64,000 nt of DNA from Neoechinorhynchus agilis (lineage: Eukaryota > Animalia > Acanthocephala). A model generated the notes under the pieces. That model was not told the origin of the DNA. It did no database searches and saw nothing but the letters and a program-made list of their open reading frames with translations. The position numbers were made by a program, and so were the translations under genes. Of the stretch, positions 55,160-64,000 are shown one piece after another. Every line of letters begins with the position of its first letter. The first letter of the stretch is position 1. The stretch lies in the NCBI GenBank assembly GCA_051530055.1, contig CM121343.1:4062389-4126388 (forward strand), given 5' to 3'.

Positions 55160-55270
55160 AATTTGGGCTCAACCGGAGACTCAAGAGCAGGCGTATTCCT
55201 TCGACAAAATATCTCGCTAGCAGTACAACGGGGCAATGCTGCCAGCGTGATGGCGACGGTCGAAGAAGGA
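55160..55270 (+). mobile_element. CRE-clade LINE 3' terminal fragment
   Basis: TGDSRAGVFLRQNISLAVQRGNAASVMAT. Confidence 0.8.
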
Positions 55271-55588
55271 CAATAGCTGGAATTCGGCGGGAGGTGGTGA
55301 GTGTGTTAATTGTCGAGAAATGAAGATTTGGGCTGAGTGATTGAACCAAATGTTTATTTTTGACACCCGAATTTTTACTCCTTCTCCGCCAGTGCCATGA
55401 GTTGTTCAATACCATCGAGGAAGAGAAAGCTCCAAGTTTTCAAAAGCATAAATTGCTTAAGAACAATCGGTGGGATCATTTAGTGAGTGTAACGGTCGGA
55501 CTTTAGTTTGCATACGACGTCATATTCCCTGGAAGAAATTTGGCACGATTTGGTCTCAATGGCGAATCCTTAGCCTATTAAAGATCGA

Positions 55589-56659
55589 ATGATTCAGTCG
55601 AAAGGGCAGGTGCCATGGGTTGAGAAGTATAGACCTTTGAATATAAACGATCTTATAGGGCAGCAGAATGCGGTGAGTATGCTTAGACATTCCGTGGAAA
55701 GACGGGAATGGAGTATGCTTCCAAATTTGCTTTTCTATGGACCTCCAGGCACTGGAAAGACATCGGCAATTTTGGCAGTATGTAGGAAGCTCTATGGGAA
55801 GAATTTCAATGACCGCGTGCTTGAGTTAAACGCGAGTCATGAGCGTGGAATTGGCGTAGTCCGAGAAAAGGTCAAAATGTTTGCTCAGTTATCGGTGGGA
55901 ACCGGGAAATCTTTCCTCTTGGAAAAAAAGCCCATGCCACCGTTCAAAATGATCATTCTGGACGAATGTGACGCAATGACGTACGCAGCCCAGACTGCGT
56001 TGAGGCGAACAATGGAACTGTATTGCCGAACGACCAGATTTTGCTTAATCTGTAATTATCCAAGTCAAATAATTGATCCCATCAAATCTAGATGTATCCA
56101 CCCAACCATCTCCATGTTTTGCTCTATCATTTGGTGATGGTTCAATACTCAATTTTGCTTTTCCGAGATTCCCGTGGATCTCGCTTGCGAACGACTTTTC
56201 AGAATTTGTCAAAATGAGAATGTTGCATTTAGTGACAATGAGAGTATGCTTACGACTTTGATGTGTGGTTCCAATGGGGATCTAAGACATGCAATCAATA
56301 TTCTACAATCGATAGTAGCAACAGTTTCTGATCAGTTAACTGAAACGGACGTCCAAGAAGCTCTAGGAATCGTTCCAAAAGGCGAAGTTTTAGCAATCAT
56401 CGATGTCTGCTGGAAATCTACAACCAGACCCGCAGCCAAGGATGTTGTCCAATTAGCGTCATGTTTGATCGAAGCGGGCCACGGCATTGTCCATCTTATT
56501 AAACAACTATATATGACTTTAATGGATTGCGTTGTGGACTATTCCGACCAGGAGGAACGATTCTCAAAAGCACTCGACTTGATCGGTCGGGCAGAGGAAC
56601 GATGCTTAGATGGTGCAGATGAGTATTTGATCCTGCTTGATTTGCTATTTTCTTTATGA
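55589..56659 (+). CDS. RFC4: Replication factor C subunit 4 (RFC37; yeast Rfc2); one intron with non-canonical boundaries near 56094-56146
   Basis: [96 protein letters not shown]. Confidence 0.93.
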
Positions 56660-57434
56660 ACAAAATGTGGATGGCAAATGTTTCTTCATTTCTTATTACA
56701 AATCCACACTTTCGCCTTTTACAACGTGTTAGATCCCCATAAAAAAACAGGGAAATGTAATATGAACCTTCTTGGTCCTTAGATGACGTTTAGTTCTGCA
56801 ATAATCGTTTTTCAGAACTCCATACTTGTTAAAATCATCGATTCTAGCAATCTCTAACTCAAACACTCATGATTTTCAAAACAAAAAAAAGGTTATAACA
56901 TAATCAACTATTTTTGTAAAAATTTGTAAGAAGCGATCGAATTTTCGTGTTTATAATAATTTGAAACGCCCGAGAATCTCAATTTTATAATAAAGTTTTA
57001 CAGTCAAATATTTCCATTCAACTCTATCAAGTCATCTCTAAAAAGATATCATTGGACTGTCCTAATGATAATTGTTAAAGATTAAAGAGACGATGCCAAA
57101 TTTCTACTGAAAGTTCATCCGAAACCATGGTTCCTCAGCACCTGAGATGACTTGAAGATTAAACTAAAATCGGTGCAATGGGAATTAAATTTCGTAACAA
57201 TAAAATATTTAAGAGAATTCAATTATAAACGATCCATTAATTAAAAGTGGGAATGCTTTAACAACACTGAAATTTTCAGAACGCGAATTCGATTTTGGAA
57301 GAATGAAATATTTTCGGGATGCTAGTAAATAATAAGCGAGGCATATTTTCAACGTTTTAAAGTTTAAACAACACTGAAATATGAGGAACGCGAACTCGTG
57401 TTGCAAAGAATGGAATATTTCATATCTTTGGTAA

Positions 57435-57720
57435 CTTAAGATGCTCAGTTGCCATTATGTATAATCTGCAACTGAGTTCTGTCGAATGAGGAGCTTGAAA
57501 CTACACATCGAGCTGCAAAAGACCAACCGAAGGAATACTTCGAAAACATCAAGGTTTACAAGATAAACAAGCTAAGAAACTTGTAAAAAAACCCAATGCT
57601 ACCAAAGAAGGGATTGATCGAAAGTTAACACGTTGCTCAGCTATAAACAAACCGCAATAAAATGCTCACAAAGGCTAAATCGGTTTATCAAACGTTGTTG
57701 AAACTATCCTTGGACCCAAT
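57435..57720 (+). mobile_element. Decayed hAT (Buster/Charlie-like) transposase N-terminal remnant
   Basis: PLCIIC..VLSNE....H....KDQPKEYF pattern with stops and deletions. Confidence 0.55.
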
Positions 57721-58719
57721 GCCGCCGAAAAAGATTAGAAAGTTAATTTATAAAATGATAGCATTTAAAGCAAAGTTCAAGACTTATCGTCCGATTTACA
57801 AGATCAATTCAGCGAACACTGACGAACTTGACGGTCAAGCTTTTTAACTGTGCCAACAGGCAAAAGAAAGTTTGCGAGTAATTCAAGGTATGAATATCTT
57901 AACAACAATGAAATCGGCGAATTGGCATGAATATTTTATCAGTATTGAAATCGACGGAATGTGAATTCGTGTTTTAAAAAAGAATATTTTGGAGACACAA
58001 TTGATTAACAAGCGAGTACGTATTTCTAGGTATGAATGTATCTAAAACATTGAATGGAATATTCGGGAGATGCAATTGATTAACAAGCGAGGAATTAATT
58101 CAAGTTACGAATGTTTCTTATTCAACGCTCGTCCGGCAGCCTATTGTCATCCGCCCGAAAATGTTTAAAAAGACAAGAGTAAGCCAACTCATTATCGCAT
58201 GCTCAGAAGAAGGCTACTCCATTTCGACGATGGTTAAGTTACCAAACTGGCTCAAATCTGCGGTTTTTGCCAAGCAGTCAATACAAATTGTCCAACACAC
58301 AGCTAACAATCCGCCGCCTCGGCAAATCCACAGAGGTGGAAAAGTTCTCAAGCATCTTGAATTCAAAGCTCAGCAACATTCAATAGACGGTCGACTAGGA
58401 GAATCAGAATGCGATCCCCTTTTTGGACTTTTTGATAAAAGGACAAGGAGCGGAAGCGTATCCGTTAGGATGGGAATATAATGTCGAGGGATGCCCATTC
58501 GGGTGGGACTATCCAGTCTGGGGATGCCCGTTCGGGTGAGACTATATCCGTTGGTTTGAGAATATCCGGTTGGATTGGAAAGTCCGTTCTGGTGGAATTG
58601 GTGGTTATTGTTTGCCGGAGCGCTTGTAAGTTGGTCTTTCCTCAGGTTCATTTCAAGTTCTGATATCCGAGAAGATTGGGCAGCATGGAAAAAGAGCGTA
58701 GGTATAGGGAGGTGCGAGG

Positions 58720-59640
58720 CCAAGGGAGTATGAAACGAATTAGGATTACGAGTGTTGTACTCGTGTGAAAAGGGAGCGATATTTGGTAGAAATTGTGGTG
58801 GTAGGGTTGAGAGGCGGTTTGATTGTTTTATGAAAATAGTATCAAGGCATTCGATGGGAGAAGGAAAGTCAATTGTGCAAATTTTAAATGCTCTTTTGTG
58901 AAGAATTTCAAGGCGACGGATTTAAGATTTAAAAAGGTTGCAAAAGAAGGTATAACCGTAGGTGAGGGAGGGCAAAATAAAGCTGAATTAAAATTTGGAG
59001 AGATCCGGTGAAGGGATTCCTAAATGTCCTAGGCGTTTGAGGAGATAAATTTTAAAGGTGTTGTGCTTGAGGGAGAGAGTGATGTGCGAGTCCCATTTCA
59101 AATTTGATTAAAATTGGGTATCCAGAATTCTTAGGGAGGTTACTCGTAGGATATCATTTAGAAGCTCAGGAGATGATGTGATGTTGCGAAAGAGCGGATC
59201 ATTTCGATGCATTTAGAGGAATTGAGATGGAGTTTGTGATTGGTGCAGAAATCTTTTATGTGTGTGATTTCGTTAGAGGTTAATGAGAGGGAGAGGTGGA
59301 GTGGTGAATGGATAATGAGGGTGATATCGTCGGTGTATAAGAGGAGTTCAGAGGTTTGAGGTCGTTTATGAAAATATTAAAGAGAAGTGGTGACAGCGCA
59401 GCACCTTGAGGTACGACGTTTGTGAGGGATAGCCTGATAAAGGAGGTAGAACGGCAATGATTGTATTGTTTGCGATTGTGAAGATAAGATTCTAGCCAGC
59501 GGATCTGCCACAAGTTGAGACCAAAATCGGCACAGACCCGAAGAAGGAGTGAATAGTCCACGGAGTCGAGTGCTTTCGATAAATCAAGTTGAATGAGACG
59601 AGTGACGTGGGAAGACGGAGTGTCGTAAGCCGGACATAAA
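58720..59640 (-). mobile_element. Degenerate LINE (Jockey/CR1/I-group) reverse transcriptase fragment
   Basis: LDLSKALDSVDYSLLL, WLESYL.NRKQ, VPQGAALSPLLFNIFINDL, LKWDSHI; frameshifts. Confidence 0.85.
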
Positions 59641-60248
59641 ATCTTTATTAAATTTGTTTCATACGAGCGAGAATGATGCGGGAAAAGGATTATAAATGTT
59701 TAAATGTTCTGCGCTCACTAAAGGATTCTTTAAAAGTTAATTATTTCTTTATGTTTAGGAAGGAATACTACCACAATATCGCAGGCCACAAGGGAGAAGG
59801 AAGAGTATGACAACGAAAATCGGGAATGCCAATTTCTAACGGATGAGATTCAGCTTTAGTGCAAAGCTTATGAGATAACAGGAGATAAAGAGCGCCACAA
59901 TTCCACTTTCTCGAGAGTTGAAATTTATTTCGACAAAATAATTAAGAAAGGCATTCCGATCGACATCGACCCTACATTTTCATTTGTTGGTCATTCTGGG
60001 CCAATATTAAATTCGGTGGATTCAGTGGTGGGAAAGTTGTGTTTGAATCAGGACTCATAAGTTCGACGTTTGCAACTCCGGATGCAATTATAGAAAAAGA
60101 CGGTAGACATCAGTTCTTTTACAACGCCAACTGAGGATCCTCCGAACTATTCAAATATGTTATTCAACTAGAAACAGAAGTTTATAAGTGGAAAAGATGG
60201 TCTTTTCGTTATCATCATTGGATTGAATGAAGTGTCCTCCAGAAGATT

Positions 60249-60683
60249 CTATTTACATAAAATTGGCTTTACGCTGAAATCGAACTCTGTATCGGTCTTT
60301 GAAATCTTGATGGGCAAACAAATTGATATGATTCGAAAACTCTCCGTAGAATTGATGACAGGCAGTTGAAAGCGATGTCTATTTATGCCACTGACCGTGA
60401 AAAAAGGTGCACAACGGATATCTTCCAAATCCGGATGCAATAATCGAAGTTCCTTTAATGTACCAAAGAAATCCATCTCGGCGACCTTACAGCATCGTAA
60501 AAATGAATAACTACGGAATGCATTCCACTCATTTTGCTGTGAACAAAAAAGTTGAGTATAGAAATTTGTCAAACAGGCTTAAACCCAAGGAAATTGATTT
60601 CAGCAATAAACATCGTAGTTACCACGCTAAAAACATCTTCTACCGACATCCAAATTAGTATTCCAAACCCAAGGCTTCTCCAT
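60249..60683 (-). CDS. Possible hypothetical protein exon(s), no recognisable family
   Basis: ATG at about 60683 can be joined to ORF 60572-60249 through a GT-AG intron; no homology recognised. Confidence 0.25.
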
Positions 60684-61228
60684 GCCACAGTGAAATTTAA
60701 TTTGAGCGTAGGGGAGGGGTGAAATTGCAAATATTATTACAAAGTTCTTCCGTATTTTTAGAGCATATTCAAAAGTCAAACAAAATTGTTGTTGTTGTTA
60801 TTTACTGAAGTGTAAAGGAGATTCTCTTGCTAAATAATGAGTATTTGTGAACGATGTTGGATGGACTTAAGAAGAACGAAGGAAACGGTTTTATTCATTT
60901 TTTTGTACATTTAAGTGTATGTCTCTCTCGCTCTCTCTCTTTCAGAATAGGTTTGTGTGCGAGTGTTGAATGCCTGATGACAGATTTTAGCAACACTTTT
61001 GTTTAAAATGGTCGCGAGTGTTATCGCGTGAGAGTTGGTTATTACTCACCGCGTCTGTTCTCAATTGCGATTGATTGAGACTGTGTGTTTGTGTTTTAGC
61101 GATTCGACGATTGGCTCTAACGGCCACACACACCCATATATATGTATTTTTGAACGCGTTCGTGAGTGAGTCACGACGCGTTACCACCGGCCGCTAAGCG
61201 CGCGCGCACGGGGTGGGGAGGGAAGGGA

Positions 61229-62884
61229 TCAAGTAGCTGATCCGAATGGCACTCGGTGCCTACTTGAGGAATGTTGTTGTTGATGGTTTGTTGTGTTTGA
61301 ATTATAAGACCTGGGCTGTTTGTTCAAATACGATTGATTGTGGTGATTATCGTTCGTGATACCAGAGGTGTAAGATGCGAATGCTGCTGCTGCCGCCGTC
61401 GCTGATAGCGGCGGTGGTGGTGGCGGTGGTGGCGGGTGGAATGAAGGCCCAAATCGTTGGGAATTCGAAATGTATGCAACATTGTGTCTATGGAACGAAA
61501 TCCCATCACTAATATACCTTACATTGGCTAGAGCGGCTGCAGCAGCGGCGGCGGCTGTTGTCGAGTTAGTGACAACGGCAGTTGTGGTGGCCGCATAACA
61601 AGCAGCTTGAGCCATCTCGGCAATGAGGTTCAAAGTATATTGACTAGTGCCTTGCACGTTGGCCATGATTGATTTGAGTCTACAAAGCCAATCGCAAATC
61701 GGAGGTAATGAAGTCAACTGATGCGTCTGGAGAGTATGGGATATAAAATGTCGACTGATGTAGTCCATTAGTCGCCGTTGTTGCTTATCGATAGTCGGAT
61801 AATCGATTAAGAAACGAACACACATGTACGGCTCACTACGTTGCGTGCTACTGACCGGCGTATATCCATTGACCAACAATTGACAATACCTCAACAGTCC
61901 TCCACCTCGAATCTCTTCCGGACGTTTTGTTACGATCAACTTATTTCTGAGATGAAGAAGAGCTTCTTCGTAGTTACCATAAACACTCTCGACTACTACC
62001 GGGTAGCTGCGTTCACCGGAATTCGACTCTGAGGACAGAGTATGGTCATCGAGATTTATATGAAACGAATCGACCGAAAACTGATATTGTCGCTTCATCC
62101 GCTGGGTGTATTTGACCTCAAGGTTTTGGCCTCGTTTATTTGAGAAACATATAAGTGCCCAGTGGTCATTTTGAGTCCAGACACGGATAGTGCTGCTGAC
62201 GTAAGCATCCCAAACTATAGATCGAAGGAGATGATCTGGTGGAATTTGCGACTGTTGTTGTCCCGTCCGCTCCTCGTAGCAAGCACGTTCCTTCTGAGCT
62301 CCAGCAGCCACTTCCGTAATACAATCGAAGATGGCCTCACGAACGCGTTCCCATCTTCCGTCCGAAGCATTCGTCAGCTTGTCAGCAGTAGAGTCGTCAA
62401 TAACAATATCAAAGTCGTTGAAGAAACTCGATCCATCGGTACTGTCACTCGATGCGCCGCCGCCGCCGCCGCCATCATCACCCACCGATGACGACGACGA
62501 CGGCGACGACGACGAATGTACTACATAAGCAGCGGCTCCGCCGTTGAGCTTCAGTTGGCAGTGGCTTAAAGTATCATTTGCCAATAGTTGCCTTCGTAGC
62601 GCTTTCAAATACTCACGTAGCGTAAATCGAATACTCGCATATCCGTACTGGCTATCTACGCTAACGACCATATCGAGCACCTTGTGCAATCTGAGACACT
62701 GGTCATCGTCTAAAAACCCGTTTTTTCTCGATGGCATCTCGCCCGATATCGCTTTCTTTTCGCATGACGCCGTCATTCCAATTATTGTTCTTTCTCCTAC
62801 CTGTTTGCTTCCACAGTCTGATGCTGTTGCTTTCTCCACTCTCTTGCTGTAATAAAGTGTGTACGATCCTCTCGCTTCGAGCAC
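61229..62884 (-). CDS. TENT5: Terminal nucleotidyltransferase 5 (FAM46) non-canonical poly(A) polymerase; single exon; start uncertain
   Basis: LNGGAA, NDFDIV (DxD), QNLEVKY (third acidic residue), RQYQFSVDSF, ESVYGNYEEA, PEEIRGGGLLRYC, YMCVRFLID. Confidence 0.93.
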   Translation of the reverse strand: MLEARGSYTLYYSKRVEKATASDCGSKQVGERTIIGMTASCEKKAISGEMPSRKNGFLDDDQCLRLHKVLDMVVSVDSQYGYASIRFTLREYLKALRRQLLANDTLSHCQLKLNGGAAAYVVHSSSSPSSSSSVGDDGGGGGGASSDSTDGSSFFNDFDIVIDDSTADKLTNASDGRWERVREAIFDCITEVAAGAQKERACYEERTGQQQSQIPPDHLLRSIVWDAYVSSTIRVWTQNDHWALICFSNKRGQNLEVKYTQRMKRQYQFSVDSFHINLDDHTLSSESNSGERSYPVVVESVYGNYEEALLHLRNKLIVTKRPEEIRGGGLLRYCQLLVNGYTPVSSTQRSEPYMCVRFLIDYPTIDKQQRRLMDYISRHFISHTLQTHQLTSLPPICDWLCRLKSIMANVQGTSQYTLNLIAEMAQAACYAATTTAVVTNSTTAAAAAAAALANVRYISDGISFHRHNVAYISNSQRFGPSFHPPPPPPPPPLSATAAAAAFASYTSGITNDNHHNQSYLNKQPRSYNSNTTNHQQQHSSSRHRVPFGSAT

Positions 62885-64000
62885 TGATTCCTAGTCGTCT
62901 TACAAGTCGGCAACGTTGTTGATGAAGAGCGAGTCTGTAAACAAGGGGCGCCTAAACAATCCAAATTATCCTCCTCCTCCTCTTAAAGTGCGATGAGGCA
63001 AGTCGCGTGTGTCGACGAGATCAGTGCACACCACCACCACCACCAACTTACTCGTGTGTGTGTGCGTTGTACGTTGTGGTGGTGGATGCAAAAACCGCCA
63101 ATACGGTGAGAACACGTTCACGCACTGAATACGGAAGAATCTCCATCGTAGGTGAAGGATGGGAGATTGAGCAACGTCACAAATTACGCTGTTCATCAGT
63201 GAATCCTAAAGGACTTTCCGGAAACCTTTAAGCCAATTTCCTTGTCAGTTTGCTCTAATCCACTCGGGGGAAAATACTAATAGGAAAATCATATCTATCG
63301 CACGCTTGACAGACACTAAACCATTTTAGTCGCCTTGGTGAGAAAGAATCCCAAACTCATTAGCTCACGACAATGACGCTGCAGGGTCAGTGTTGATTTA
63401 TCAATTCAACACACTCCTCCAGTCGCCAATTAATAAATCCGTCGTACACTTTGAATGAGCGCTAACACGAATTTTTGTGTTCACTGTCGTCAATTTAATC
63501 AGTGAGTTTGTACTAACGCAATCGGCGGTTGTGTTGGAATCGGAAGAATTTTTCGCTCGATGGAACTTCCGGTTTATGATGCGCCGCGTAGGTATTCGGT
63601 TCGAAAGTTGCGAACTCCTACTGGCTGCTTATAAACCTGAACGGTTCTAGTGTAGATTTCACGTTCTCAGTGGTATCGAGGCGGCGTTATAAATACAAAT
63701 TACATTCCGGTTTTGGGGCAATGGAATTCGATACACACCTAAAAACTCATTAGTGCAGCAGCAGCCTATGGTATCTTAAATTCAATTCGCCTAAAAGTCT
63801 ATATGGACATTCGACGCCCATCGTTATTTTTCCGAAATTATTCGCGACCCTTGTCCAAAAATACTTTTATTCGTGGCGGCTACAATCACCGGACTCCCAC
63901 ATTTCTTTATTGCCGCTTTGTGACACGGAATATTCGTTGAAATAATCTTTAAAATGGATTAAATAACCTTTTTTATACGCAATTTCATTGCTCTGACACT

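Overview
Window from a compact, AT-rich animal genome (Snail gene present; most introns about 37-65 nt). Recognisable genes: MCM6 (5' part outside the window), PRPF31, a ZnT1-like zinc transporter, Snail, a degenerate mitochondrial creatine-kinase-like gene, NOP56, transportin-1, PRKRIP1, NTMT1, RFC4 and TENT5/FAM46. There is also an unassigned ~12-kb single-exon ORF with twelve 85-aa repeats. Intergenic DNA holds CRE-clade and other LINE fragments, decayed DNA transposons, a MITE and several tandem arrays. The main result is a tRNA-derived SINE-like family (7 copies or fragments) whose 3' half carries all hammerhead ribozyme core motifs and complementary stems, but in a non-circularly permuted order (GAAA strand, CUGAUGA strand, cleavage strand). 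An extra 9-bp helix displays the catalytic strand as a loop, which suggests a pseudoknotted or dimer/tandem-activated ribozyme. Other leads: LIR-like motifs (DDEDWTML) in the giant protein, loss of catalytic residues in the phosphagen kinase, a hairpin intron in MCM6, and an RFC4 intron with no GT-AG solution. All assignments are by eye from the sequence; no searches or folding programs were run.
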